The translations under genes and the position numbers were made by a program. From the NCBI RefSeq assembly GCF_000039765.1, contig NC_004460.2:30001-62000 (forward strand): 32,000 nucleotides of DNA. The letters run 5' to 3'. This document shows positions 8,789 through 18,479 of the stretch, one piece after another (positions within the stretch are counted from its first letter, which is position 1; each line of letters starts with the position of its first letter). The notes beneath the pieces were generated by a model, which made no database searches, was not told the DNA's origin, and saw only the letters and a program-made list of their open reading frames with translations. The DNA is from Vibrio vulnificus CMCP6. GTDB lineage: Bacteria; Pseudomonadota; Gammaproteobacteria; Enterobacterales; Vibrionaceae.

Positions 8789-9533
8789 TTGAAGATGGAA
8801 TTTATGCATCGGTTTATCGATGGAAGCCGATATCAACGGATTTTTGTGATTGGTGATATCCACGGCAAATTGGCCTTGTTGCAGGACACACTAAAACGAG
8901 TGGATTTTCACGGTGAACGTGATCTGTTGATCTCTGTCGGTGATCTGATTGATCGCGGCCCCGACTCGGTTGGCGTCTTGGATTACTATCAAGCGCATCA
9001 TTGGTTTGAAGCGGTGATGGGAAACCATGAATGGATGATGGTCAACGCGTTGGATGCACAAAACAAATTGGAGCATTCAGAGAAGGAAGCGTACTTCATT
9101 AAAATATGGCATCGAAATGGCTGTGAATGGTCACAAAATCTAACCGATGCTGATAAACGGAGGTTGCGGGATACGGTTGCCCAACTGCCAAGTGTGATTA
9201 CGGTGGAGTTGGAAGATGGCCGCCGCTTTGGCATTTCACATGCTCAGCCCCACTCACTAGATTGGAACGAAATGATCGATTGGCAAGGAGATATGTGGGA
9301 CAACCCCTCGGTGGATTTGGGGAAGAACGCGCATTGCGGAAGAAGAGCCACAAGCGATTGCCAATGTTGATTTAACACTACACGGCCACACTCGCAGTGA
9401 AGGGGTGAAAAGAGTGGCCAATAGTCTTTTTATTGATACCGCCTCCAATGACGACTATCAGGGCGCATTCAGCCTTTATGAACTGCGTACAGGAGAGGTT
9501 TTTGTTGGGGTAAAACAGAGCGCACTCGTTTAA
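8789..9533 (+). pseudogene. PrpA/PrpB-like calcineurin-type serine/threonine protein phosphatase, interrupted by a single-base frameshift near 9311-9316
   Basis: Frame A (8789-9370) carries metallophosphatase motifs GDIHG, GDLIDRG, GNHEW and ISHAQP. The GHTR motif is in another frame ('IWGRTRIAEEEPQAIANVDLTLHGHTRSEGVKRVANSLFIDTASNDDYQGAFSLYELRTGEVFVGVKQSALV*', stop 9531-9533). Confidence 0.85.
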
Positions 9534-9628
9534 CGGTTATCAGTGATTGAGAACCGAACACGATGCAGGTACATTAGTGCCAGCGAACTATTTTTCCGTT
9601 GTATTGAGTGGTAGAGGAAGAGACCAAG

Positions 9629-10341
9629 ATGCCTGAAACATCTGTATTGTTAGCGGTTTTTTTGATTTTTCTTGGCTCGTTTGTGCAAACAGCAATTGGC
9701 TTTGGTTTGGCTATTGTGTCGGCACCCTTGCTGATTATGGTTGCTCCAGAATACGTGCCTGCGCCTATCTGTCTAGTGGCACTGTTTATTTCCATTCTCA
9801 ATGCGTTGAAGCACAAAAGCAGTGTAGAAATTGGCGGCCTAAAAATGGCGTTGATCGGTCGAGTGCCAGGCTCGATTGCAGGCGGGGCTTTATTGGTATT
9901 GGTCAGCACCAATGTATTGGCCTTGTGGATCGGCATACTGGTATTGTTTGCTTGGCGGTAAGTTTGCTGCCATTTCGCATCGAACCTACTCCCATGCGTA
10001 TGACGATCGCTGGTTTCTTCTCTGGCTTGTTTGGCACTAGTTCTGGGATTGGTGGGCCACCAATGGCATTACTGCTGCAGCATCAAGAAGCCAATCAACT
10101 GCGTGGCAATCTTTCGGCCTTTTTCGTGTTTAGTTCGTTGATCTCCTTAGCGATCCAAATTCCCGCGGGCTTTTTCACGCTATACCATCTCAAAATCACG
10201 CTTCCTTTAATTCCAGCGGCTTGGCTGGGTTACAAACTGGCTCTATTAACAACGCGCAGTTTACCCAAGGAAAAGATCCGAATCGGTGCCTTATCTTTGT
10301 GTTGCATTAGTGGCATTGGGGCAGTTTGGCAAAGTTTTTAA
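9629..10341 (+). pseudogene. TauE/SafE family permease (sulfite exporter-like), interrupted by a single-base frameshift near 9950-9957
   Basis: N-terminal half 'FLIFLGSFVQTAIGFGLAIVSAPLLIMVAP..VPAPICLVALFISILNA' ends at a stop at 9961. The C-terminal half 'SLLPFRIEPTPMRMTIAGFFSGLFGTSSGIGGPPMALLLQHQ..LRGNLSAFF' continues in the frame of ORF 9925-10341. The ATG at 9629 has an AGAGGAAGAGA ribosome-binding region. Confidence 0.85.
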
Positions 10342-10535
10342 TGACTTAGGTTCATTTCATAAAATAAACAAATAGTTTCATATAAAATTAGTTTTATATT
10401 TTCCCATACCCTAGCTATGTTTATAGAGTTGGCTGGGTGTGCTTTTGGTTCCATATCAGTGTTTGCTGAGCATAATTAAAAACTAGGCACTCCCTAAATA
10501 ATCGATATCTGACTATAGGATAGTTAGGGGGAGTT

Positions 10536-12443
10536 ATGACTTTAGGCTTCAAATCTCGTATCTACACGAGCGTTGCTTTATTGGTGGCGCTGTCATTAGG
10601 AATATTAGGCACGCTAAACATCATTTCGCTCAAAGAAAAGATGGTGGCGTCGTTGGTCTCTGAAACACAAAACAAGCTCAATTATCACGTTGATGAACTG
10701 CAACATGCGATTGCTATTCAGCTCAAAGCGGTAGAGGTCGGGTCCAAACATTTTAACGCCTCATTAAGCGACGAGCAGAATGTCAATTTGGTGCGCTTAT
10801 TGGCAGAAAGTGCAGGCATCTCCAATATTATTATGGCGTATGAGGACGGACGCTCTTATATGTCTCTCCATGCCAGTGGTATCACCACTGAGGAGCAAAA
10901 TTTCTCTCAGCGTGATTGGTATCGAATGGCGAAAGGCAGCCAAGGAGTCAAGCTCACCGATATTTACATTGACAAAATCACTGGGGAAAAGGTGGTTAGC
11001 GCCATCATGCCTGTTTATAACGGCAGTGAGTTCCAAGGAGTATTGCTGGGCGATATTCCGCTAGCGGCAATCATCAAAATGGTCAGCAATATGCGATTTG
11101 CTGGTGGGGCCGCCACCTTAACCGACAAAAATGCGGTCTTTTTTGCCAGTGACGATCCCAATGACATCGGTAAAACCCCGTCGCAAGTGAGCCCTGTGTT
11201 CAGCGATATGGAGCGCGCGTTTTTTAATCAGCAGCAGGGGCATTTGCAATTTCCCTATCTGGGCATTGAGTTTGATGGCTACTTCCAACGCGTCAATTTA
11301 ACCCAAGATCAATATTGGACCTTGATGGTGTTTGTCGATCAGGACACCGCGTTGGCGGGAGTACGAGAAGCGCAAAATGAAGCGGTCGTGACAGGGGTGA
11401 TCTTACTGCTGGTCAGTGCGGTGGTGATGGTGTTAACACTGGAGCATGCTTATAAACCATTGCTCAAATTGAAAAAAGCCGTACTAGGACTATCAAAAGG
11501 TTCTGGCGATTTAACCGCGAGACTGACGGTTGAAGGGGGAGATGACCTTGCGCAGATCAGTGAAGGTTTCAACCGCTTTGTGCAGAGCTTACAGGGCATG
11601 ATGTTGCAAGTGTCTGAAGCAAGCCAAAATATTTCCTCTAACATTGTGCAGCTCAATCAAACGGCGGTGGAAAACGAAAAAGTGTTGATCACCCATTCAG
11701 CAGAAACCGATCAGGTGGTAACGGCAATTACCGAGATGAGCGAAAGTGCGCGCTCAGTGGCGGAGAACGTCACTCAGTCGAATAGAATTACCGAAGGAGC
11801 GAGTAAAGAAGCCAAGCAATCTCTAGAGATCGTCAACAACGCGGTGAGCACAGTCAGCGCCTTGGTCAACGATGTGGAGGAGATGTCCGATCGCATTGTC
11901 AGCATGAACCAAGACGCCAATAAAATCAGTGAAGTGCTGAACGTGATTGGTGAGATTTCTGAGCAAACCAATTTGCTGGCATTGAACGCCGCAATTGAAG
12001 CGGCACGTGCTGGTGAGCAGGGCCGTGGATTTGCCGTTGTCGCCGATGAGGTGCGCGCTTTGGCTGCGAGAACGCAGAACAGCACCACAGAAATTTCAGA
12101 AATGTTGTCAAAATTGCTTGATGGCACCTCTAGTGTGGTGGCATCAATGGAACGCACCAAACAGCAATGCCAATCAACTGCCAGCAAGACGTCGGAAGTT
12201 TCCAACAGTCTCAACTTAATGAGCGGTTCTGTACGAGATATTGATGATGTCAGTACGCAAATTGCCGCAGCGACGGAAGAGCAAAGCACCGTGGCGGCTG
12301 AGCTAAGTCGCAATATGCTGGCCATTCGAGATATTGTCACCAATCTGGTGGCAAGTGGCCGTCAAACGGTTGCTGCGACGGAGTCGTTGGCCGATTCTAA
12401 CCACGAACTCGATAAACTCGTGTCCAATTTCAAACTGCAGTAA
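10536..12443 (+). CDS. Methyl-accepting chemotaxis protein with dCache-like periplasmic sensor and HAMP
   Basis: 635 aa; MCP hairpin tip '[44 protein letters not shown]'; two TM regions; periplasmic '[39 protein letters not shown]' typical of Cache. Confidence 0.96.
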   Translation: MTLGFKSRIYTSVALLVALSLGILGTLNIISLKEKMVASLVSETQNKLNYHVDELQHAIAIQLKAVEVGSKHFNASLSDEQNVNLVRLLAESAGISNIIMAYEDGRSYMSLHASGITTEEQNFSQRDWYRMAKGSQGVKLTDIYIDKITGEKVVSAIMPVYNGSEFQGVLLGDIPLAAIIKMVSNMRFAGGAATLTDKNAVFFASDDPNDIGKTPSQVSPVFSDMERAFFNQQQGHLQFPYLGIEFDGYFQRVNLTQDQYWTLMVFVDQDTALAGVREAQNEAVVTGVILLLVSAVVMVLTLEHAYKPLLKLKKAVLGLSKGSGDLTARLTVEGGDDLAQISEGFNRFVQSLQGMMLQVSEASQNISSNIVQLNQTAVENEKVLITHSAETDQVVTAITEMSESARSVAENVTQSNRITEGASKEAKQSLEIVNNAVSTVSALVNDVEEMSDRIVSMNQDANKISEVLNVIGEISEQTNLLALNAAIEAARAGEQGRGFAVVADEVRALAARTQNSTTEISEMLSKLLDGTSSVVASMERTKQQCQSTASKTSEVSNSLNLMSGSVRDIDDVSTQIAAATEEQSTVAAELSRNMLAIRDIVTNLVASGRQTVAATESLADSNHELDKLVSNFKLQ

Positions 12444-12457
12444 CGGTTGTCACTTTG

Positions 12458-12487
12458 TAGCGGGCTGTATAGGCCCGCTATCGTTTC
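12458..12487 (+). terminator. Terminator of the MCP gene
   Basis: TAGCGGGC-TGTATAG-GCCCGCTA perfect stem 14 nt after the stop, followed by a partly T-rich tract. Confidence 0.65.
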
Positions 12488-12505
12488 TTTGTTAGGAGCG
12501 AGTTT

Positions 12506-14185
12506 ATGACGAAATTAATGGTTCATGCTTGGCTAGAGAAACAAAATAACCAGATATCGCAGCATTTTGCCTATTGTCACCAAAAACTGGTCAAGCAGTT
12601 CTTTTCCCGCGATCCCAATTTGTGGCCGATTTACAAAATCAAGCAAGTGGCTGAACTGGTTGGGCATAAACGTAATCTCACCATGCCAACCAATCCGATT
12701 TTGTCCAAACGGCTGGCGGCAGACAGTTACATTCCACACGCTTCCAGCCAAGTGATAAAGCCGTTCGAGCCGTTAGCACTTTTTGCGGCTGGACACAGTA
12801 AAAACTGGGATGATCCAAGCGCAGTGGAAAACGTCATTTCAACGCCGAGCGATCCTGCCATTCATGGTGCGCTGTTGGCCACCATCGCAAATCCCAATTT
12901 GGTTTACAGCGAGTACGCTGGGCGGGCCACCGAATTAGAAAGTGTCGTGGTGCGGCAAATTGCAAACCTAGTGGGATACGATGACCAAAAAGCCACAGGA
13001 CTTTTCACGCAAGGTGGGACGTTTTGCAATCTCTACGGTTATCTACTTGGGTTACGAAAGTGTTTCCCTGATTCAGCCACAACGGGTATTGGGGATAAGA
13101 AACTGGCGTTTATCAATTCCCAAGCGGGGCACTACTCCAACGTCACCAATCTTTCACTGCTTGGTGTAGATATAGGTAAACAACTGCTTCGCATCAAGGT
13201 GAATGAAAACAACCAAATTGACCTCAATGATCTGACCAAGCAATTTGAGTATTGCATCCGCCATGACATCATCGTCCCGACGATTTTGTTGACCTTTGGT
13301 ACCACCGATACTTTTGCCATAGACGACGTGGCTGCTGTTTACCTGCTACGAGAGCGCTTATGTCGCCAGTATGGTTTGAACTATCGGCCACACATTCATG
13401 TCGATGCTGCCGTCGGTTGGACACTGCTCTTTTTTAAAGAATATGCTTTTGAGCGGAATGAATTGGCGATCAATACCGCGACCTTAGAAGGGTTAGAAGT
13501 CACCAACTCTTTAGTCAAGGGTCTGCGCTACGCCGATTCCATCACCATTGATTTTCAGAAGTGGGGCTATGTCCCTTACACCTCCAGTTTGATTTTGGTG
13601 AAAGATCGTCAGGATATGCAGGCGTTACAACACGATGCAGACTATTTCTCCTATTTCGAAGCGCAACAACGGAATCAAACGCATCTTCAATCCACCATCG
13701 AATGTTCCCGCAGTGCAGTGGGGGTATTTTCCGCTTATTCTGCGTTAGAAAGTATTGGAATTGAAGGCTATCAAATGCTGATCGCACACGGCTTGCAGAA
13801 CGCCAATTACCTGCGCTGTTTGCTCTCTAAATTACGCAATTGCAAAGTGGTCTCCGGCAGCAATCAAGGCCCTTGTGTCACTTTTCGTCTCTATCCGCCA
13901 GAGATGGAAGAGAGTGCGCAAGCGCTGTTTTACCGAGAGCGACGGCTTATCAGGCAAAAGGCGTATATGGAAAGTCTCGTCAGCAGCGCGACCTACCATC
14001 GCAACAACTTCTTAGCAAGAAAAGGTCGCTATTTGAAAACCAATTGGGTCGATTCGATTGCCAGAACCGATTACAACGAAGCAGGGCATTGCCTTTTTCT
14101 ACCCGGCGAAAAAGCGGTGTTCCTTAACCCCAACACACAGCGGCGAAGCATTGAGCTGTTTGTGGCCAATTTGAATGCCACTTAG
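12506..14185 (+). CDS. Group II pyridoxal-phosphate-dependent decarboxylase (glutamate/2,4-diaminobutyrate/aromatic amino acid decarboxylase superfamily)
   Basis: 559 aa; 'TGLFTQGGTFCNLYGYLLGLRK', 'YRPHIHVDAAVGW', PLP-lysine region 'ADSITIDFQKWGYVPYTSSLILVKD'. Confidence 0.88.
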   Translation: MTKLMVHAWLEKQNNQISQHFAYCHQKLVKQFFSRDPNLWPIYKIKQVAELVGHKRNLTMPTNPILSKRLAADSYIPHASSQVIKPFEPLALFAAGHSKNWDDPSAVENVISTPSDPAIHGALLATIANPNLVYSEYAGRATELESVVVRQIANLVGYDDQKATGLFTQGGTFCNLYGYLLGLRKCFPDSATTGIGDKKLAFINSQAGHYSNVTNLSLLGVDIGKQLLRIKVNENNQIDLNDLTKQFEYCIRHDIIVPTILLTFGTTDTFAIDDVAAVYLLRERLCRQYGLNYRPHIHVDAAVGWTLLFFKEYAFERNELAINTATLEGLEVTNSLVKGLRYADSITIDFQKWGYVPYTSSLILVKDRQDMQALQHDADYFSYFEAQQRNQTHLQSTIECSRSAVGVFSAYSALESIGIEGYQMLIAHGLQNANYLRCLLSKLRNCKVVSGSNQGPCVTFRLYPPEMEESAQALFYRERRLIRQKAYMESLVSSATYHRNNFLARKGRYLKTNWVDSIARTDYNEAGHCLFLPGEKAVFLNPNTQRRSIELFVANLNAT

Positions 14186-14218
14186 GGCGGGGAAATAACA
14201 GGTTTACGCGAGATAAAA

Positions 14219-14244
14219 AAAGCGATGCCAATTGGCATCGCTTT
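14219..14244. terminator. Palindromic bidirectional terminator between convergent decarboxylase and gbpA genes
   Basis: AAAGCGATGCCAATTGGCATCGCTTT, a perfect 26-bp palindrome in the convergent intergenic region. Confidence 0.6.
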
Positions 14245-14284
14245 GGTCGTTATGCATGTGATAAATCACATATAGGGGAAAGGT

Positions 14285-15742
14285 TTACAGTTTGTCCCAC
14301 GCCATTTGCCAGTGTGAGCCAGTACCCGGCTGGTATTGAGTTGCGGTTGGTGTCCATTGAACACAGTAACCAGAGTATGGGAATGGCTTACATTGGTAGA
14401 TCGCACCGTCGCTGGCGAGCACTTTGGTGTCCGCCGTGTATGAGCTCAAGCCATCTGGAAAGACAAAGTCGTAATCATCACTTGGCGGTGGTGTTTGCGT
14501 TTCCGTCAGCATGAAGTCAGACGTTTGCTGCTTTTGCAGCGTGCCGTCTTTGTCTAGGACTTTGGTTACCAACATATGGTGGCCTGCTTCTGATTTGCTT
14601 AATGTCATGCTGACCGCTTTGTTCTCACCGTCTGTCATTGCAACCGTTTCAAAAGCAAGCGGCTCTTTGTGGTGGTTATAGATGGTCAGTTCCGTCGTAA
14701 TATCGCCAGTTGCTTGTAAGCCTAAATCGAGCGTTACAGGCGCATCACCAATTTGATACTCAGAGGCCAAACCCGATAGGGTGACGTCGTACTCAGGTGC
14801 AGGCGTTTCAATTTTGTAGCCGATCTCGACACGCTGCAGGTTGCTGCCAGACTTAAGGAAAATTGGGTTAGTACCATAAACCGGAACGAACTGATTTTGC
14901 TCGTTGAGCTGGCCTGCTGCGATCTCGCTTTGGGTTTGGTTAATTTTCACCGCTAGAGCGTGTGACCAATTGTTTGCTACCGTCAACGCGTCGCTGTCGA
15001 TCGCCAGTTCTGTCGTGTAGGCTGGATTCTCCCCCGCGAGATCAAATACGCGTGTAAAGACGGTGTCACCGACATTGAGGTTCATGGTTGGAATGATCTG
15101 GCCGCCTTGTTGCCAATCTGGCAGAGCAGGGCCATCGCCATCGAATTTGACATCAATGACATTGTAGAAAGAGGCGGCGGTGTCACCCACATCCCAAACC
15201 GCCAAAATCACTTGGTAACCTTCGCGTTCAGGTACATTACATGTGTGGCTAACGCGCTTCGGCGGTTGAACCATGCCACCGTCCACGACGCAGAAAGGGG
15301 TGAGATCGAATGAGGCGCGGGCAAGTGGTTGATTTGGATTCCAATCTGGTTTGGTGATGTAATATTTCCAATCTTTGGTCACGTGATTGGCGGTAAAGGT
15401 CCACTCAAAGTTTTGCGCACCGGCTTGAATCGGGCGTTTTACCCAGCGGTCTGCGGTTTGCTCATCAAGTGCGTTGGCTAACGCGCTCTCGGCGCTGGCA
15501 ATTTTGCCATCACGCGGACCGGACGCGGGGAAGCCATCTGGCCCTTCAACGCTTTGCGGTTCATATTGAATTGCGCCACAGTTGGTGTTTTTCTCTCCAG
15601 TTGACGCAGCGAACTTACACAGTGTCACACGAGCTTCTGCGACACCATTTTCCACTGCAGAAACATAACCATGGCTCATTGCGGTTCCGCTTACGACGGA
15701 TAGAGCAATGGCCAGTAAGGTTTTTTGCGGTTGTTTTTTCAT
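14285..15742 (-). CDS. gbpA: GlcNAc-binding protein A, chitin-active AA10 lytic polysaccharide monooxygenase with C-terminal chitin-binding module
   Basis: 485 aa, matching the known GbpA length. Signal peptide is followed by the Cu-brace His (AMS|HGYVS). Also '[20 protein letters not shown]', '[40 protein letters not shown]', and a C-terminal CBM73-like segment '[29 protein letters not shown]'. Confidence 0.96.
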   Translation of the reverse strand: MKKQPQKTLLAIALSVVSGTAMSHGYVSAVENGVAEARVTLCKFAASTGEKNTNCGAIQYEPQSVEGPDGFPASGPRDGKIASAESALANALDEQTADRWVKRPIQAGAQNFEWTFTANHVTKDWKYYITKPDWNPNQPLARASFDLTPFCVVDGGMVQPPKRVSHTCNVPEREGYQVILAVWDVGDTAASFYNVIDVKFDGDGPALPDWQQGGQIIPTMNLNVGDTVFTRVFDLAGENPAYTTELAIDSDALTVANNWSHALAVKINQTQSEIAAGQLNEQNQFVPVYGTNPIFLKSGSNLQRVEIGYKIETPAPEYDVTLSGLASEYQIGDAPVTLDLGLQATGDITTELTIYNHHKEPLAFETVAMTDGENKAVSMTLSKSEAGHHMLVTKVLDKDGTLQKQQTSDFMLTETQTPPPSDDYDFVFPDGLSSYTADTKVLASDGAIYQCKPFPYSGYCVQWTPTATQYQPGTGSHWQMAWDKL

Positions 15743-15879
15743 AACATACTCTTTTTGATTGCTGACTTTATTTGGCTATATTGCCAATCTTCAACCACAG
15801 CATACGCATGTTATTCCCAAGGCGATGAATGGCTCGTAAAGAGCGCACTGACGTGCTTGGTGAGAACACTCTCTAGTGA

Positions 15880-15975
15880 GAGCGGCGGCCCCGCTATCTT
15901 GGGTATGATAAAAATACCGACAGACCGGAAGCTTTGCGTCCCATCTTTTCAGAAGGTTTGCCTATGTGTGATGTC
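15880..15975 (-). promoter_or_regulatory. Cyclic di-GMP-I (GEMM-I) riboswitch in the gbpA leader
   Basis: The minus strand reads CACACATAGGCAAACCTTCTGAAAAGATGGGACGCAAAGCTTCCGGTC...CCCAAGATAGCGGGG. It contains the GEMM-I consensus blocks GGCAAACC, GGACGCAAAGC and TAGCGGGG in order. Confidence 0.95.
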
Positions 15976-16248
15976 AGGCATAATTTAGGATGAGAATAAC
16001 GATGAGGCGAATTAATTGATTGGATTTGGAATTAATTTCTCGAAAAAGTGTGATGAAAAAAAGAGATGATTTAGAAGCGTTATTTATAGGTGTGAATATA
16101 TTAATTTAATCAATCAAATTCTGTGTTTAATATAAGCAATCTATGTAAGAGATGATATTTTGTGATTGTATGTATTTGCAAAATATCATAGCGAAAAATG
16201 GAGTGTAGAGTTAGAATTGCCACGTCTTTACTATGTCATTGAGCACTT

Positions 16249-17148
16249 ATGAAAACCACCAGCTATGGCAATATCATGGCGGCCATCTCTTTTCTTATTT
16301 GGGGCCTGACACCAATCTATTACCGTTTGATGCCGTCTGCTCAAATGGATGAGCTGTTGGCCATGCGCGTCATTGCTTCTGTCCCTGTCGGCTTGGTGCT
16401 TGTGTACTTTATTACAGGCAAGTTGCCTGAATTTCGTCGAGTGTGGCACGACAAGCGATCGCTACTTTATACCCTGATCGCCGCGTTGCTGATGTGTATC
16501 TCTTGGTCCACCTTCACTTGGGCGCTGACCAATGATCGCGTGATTGATGCCAGCCTTGGTTTTTTCATTAGCCCGTTAATGATGGTGGCGCTTGGTGTGT
16601 TGGTGCTCAAAGAAACGCTCTCTCAGGGTAAAAAGCTGGCGATCATTTTTGCCGCTTTAGGGCTGGGGTATCAAATTGTCCATTACGGTGAAATTCCGTA
16701 CGTTGCATTAACCATGGGGGTATTTTTTACCCTCTACGGTTTTTGTAAAAAGAAAATAGCCTACGATTGGAGCACGACATTATTTTTTGAAGCATTGCTG
16801 CTTGCTCCTGTGGCCTCCATTTATATGGCGATGAAATACGCGCAAGGCGACGCGGTTTCTCTTTCCTCCGATCTTTCAACGCTTTTATTATATTTGGGTA
16901 GCGGACCTGTCACCATCGCGCCCCTTATTTTTTATTCCATTGCTATTCGTTATACCAATATGACGAACATTGGCCTGATGCAATATATTGAGCCAACGTT
17001 ACAGTTTCTCCTCGCCGTGTTTATTTTTGCTGAGTATTTCGATCAAGTGAAAATGGTGAGCTTTGGCTTGATTTGGTTTGGCTTACTGTTGACGATTGCA
17101 GAGACATTGGCAAACAGAGCCAAACGCCGCTCTATTCGCTTAATGTGA
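16249..17148 (+). CDS. rarD: EamA family transporter RarD
   Basis: 299 aa; 'YGNIMAAISFLIWGLTPIYYRLMP', 'NWALTN/TWALTNDRVIDASLGFFISPLMMVALGVLVLKE', 'NIGLMQYIEPTLQFLLAVFIFAE' typical of RarD. Confidence 0.93.
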   Translation: MKTTSYGNIMAAISFLIWGLTPIYYRLMPSAQMDELLAMRVIASVPVGLVLVYFITGKLPEFRRVWHDKRSLLYTLIAALLMCISWSTFTWALTNDRVIDASLGFFISPLMMVALGVLVLKETLSQGKKLAIIFAALGLGYQIVHYGEIPYVALTMGVFFTLYGFCKKKIAYDWSTTLFFEALLLAPVASIYMAMKYAQGDAVSLSSDLSTLLLYLGSGPVTIAPLIFYSIAIRYTNMTNIGLMQYIEPTLQFLLAVFIFAEYFDQVKMVSFGLIWFGLLLTIAETLANRAKRRSIRLM

Positions 17149-17203
17149 GTGGATAACGGATAACGATAACGTATGACGAGTAGCGGATAATGATCGTTTG
17201 AGG

Positions 17204-17845
17204 CTACTCAGAAATGTGTGGATGCCGAAGGTGTTGAAAACGCGGTAACTGCTCACGTAAGCCTTCAAAGGTGGCGCGTGCACTTTCTTTGGCCAGCTTG
17301 TTCACCAACCAATCGGGTAGGGCGCCGCCAGGATTTGCAAACGCGGTGTATTCAATGTGAGTGGTGTCGTTGGTGAGCTTATTCAGCACCCAGATCGCTT
17401 TGACTTGTGTGATGCGAATGTAGTCAGGATCCCGAGGGAAAGCGGTCTCAGGTGCATCGCTGATCTGCAAGGTGAATCCGGCTTCATCTAGGCTGTACTT
17501 TGAATAAGTCAGCATATCGCGATTTTGTGCAGGCCAGGGCGCAGAAAATTGGGTGTAAACGATGTTTTCTCGCGGTGATAACTGTTGCACGACATGGCTG
17601 TGAGCAACATTGTCAATCCAGTTAGGCACGTTGTCAGTGTCTTCCAGTAATTTCAAAAACGCGGCATAGCTGGTGGGGAAAAACATTTGCGCACGAATCT
17701 CCACCAAGCCATCTGTGTGCTCACGATAATGGATGGTGATACCATTGTCGCTGGAGTCAAAAATCCAACCTTGCTGTGGTGATGCCAAAGTTGCAGGGTT
17801 GAATAGAAATAAACAAAGGCTTAGCAGTAGAATTATCCGTTTCAT
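17204..17845 (-). CDS. START-domain (lipid-binding-like) exported protein
   Basis: 213 aa with N-terminal signal peptide; 'VEIRAQMFFPTSYAAFLKLLEDTDNVPNWIDNVAHSHVVQQLSPRENIVYTQFSAPWPAQNRDMLTYS' is typical of the START/SRPBCC family. Confidence 0.85.
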   Translation of the reverse strand: MKRIILLLSLCLFLFNPATLASPQQGWIFDSSDNGITIHYREHTDGLVEIRAQMFFPTSYAAFLKLLEDTDNVPNWIDNVAHSHVVQQLSPRENIVYTQFSAPWPAQNRDMLTYSKYSLDEAGFTLQISDAPETAFPRDPDYIRITQVKAIWVLNKLTNDTTHIEYTAFANPGGALPDWLVNKLAKESARATFEGLREQLPRFQHLRHPHISE

Positions 17846-17988
17846 ATCAGCTCTTTCCGTGTTTTAGGTTACTCATTCAAACACATATACAACGTTATGA
17901 AAATGCGCATTGCATCAGTTCACTGATTTAAGTGTATGACGAATGCATTCTAATGCCCCTTTTGGCTGATCAAATAGAAGAGGTAGTG

Positions 17989-18303
17989 ATGACAGCACCA
18001 ACCAAAATGACTTTTTTCTCACGTTTTGAAGCAGACATTCTTGCAGGCAAGAAAACCATCACAATTCGCGACGAGTCAGAAAAGGACTATCAACCAGGAA
18101 CCACCGTTGAAGTCTCAACACTAGAGGAAGGGCGTGTTTTCTGCCAACTGAAAATCTTAAGCGTGGAACCTATAGCGTTCTCGGCGTTGAACGAGTTTCA
18201 TGCAGAGCAAGAAAACATGACGCTGGAAACGTTGAAAGAAGTCATTCAAGAAATTTACCCTGGGATAGAGCAGTTGTACGTCATCCAATATCAGCGAGTA
18301 TAG
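17989..18303 (+). CDS. yqfB: ASCH domain protein, YqfB-type N4-acetylcytidine amidohydrolase
   Basis: MTAPTKMTFFSRFEADILAGKKTITIRDESEKDYQPG...HAEQENMTLETLKEVIQEIYPG..QLYVIQY matches YqfB throughout. The ATG at 17989 has an AGAAGAGG ribosome-binding site; the track start at 17932 is probably too early. Confidence 0.92.
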   Translation: MTAPTKMTFFSRFEADILAGKKTITIRDESEKDYQPGTTVEVSTLEEGRVFCQLKILSVEPIAFSALNEFHAEQENMTLETLKEVIQEIYPGIEQLYVIQYQRV

Positions 18304-18323
18304 CTTGTTGAACTTCGCGGTAA

Positions 18324-18357
18324 TTGCATAATGCAAATCTGTTTTTGCAATTTGCAT
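18324..18357. promoter_or_regulatory. Two LuxO-type enhancer binding sites upstream of qrr
   Basis: TTGCATAATGCAA (18324-18336) is an exact match to TTGCAWWWTGCAA. TTGCAATTTGCAT (18345-18357) has one mismatch. Confidence 0.85.
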
Positions 18358-18453
18358 TATATTGGCTTGGTTTATCGACCAATATGAACCTTGTTTATCT
18401 GCATTTTGGTTAAAAATGTAGCAAATAATAGGGTTGGTGTACGTTTTTAAAGT

Positions 18454-18470
18454 TGGCACGCTTTCTGCTT
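18454..18470 (+). promoter_or_regulatory. Sigma54 (-24/-12) promoter of qrr
   Basis: TTGGCACGCTTTCTGCTT matches TTGGCACG-N4-TTGCW with one mismatch. It lies about 12 nt upstream of the predicted Qrr 5' end. Confidence 0.88.
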
Positions 18471-18479
18471 TAATAAGAT

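Noticed and set aside
9574-9936. 120-aa minus-strand ORF
   Set aside because: Shadow ORF antisense to the TauE/SafE permease N-terminal half.
11774-12343. 189-aa minus-strand ORF
   Set aside because: It is fully antisense to the highly conserved MCP signalling domain. Such shadow ORFs are common there because of codon bias.
17150-17180. Short GGATAACG/GATAACG repeats after rarD
   Set aside because: Only two to three imperfect short units in non-coding sequence, too small to call a meaningful repeat. Likely polymerase slippage.
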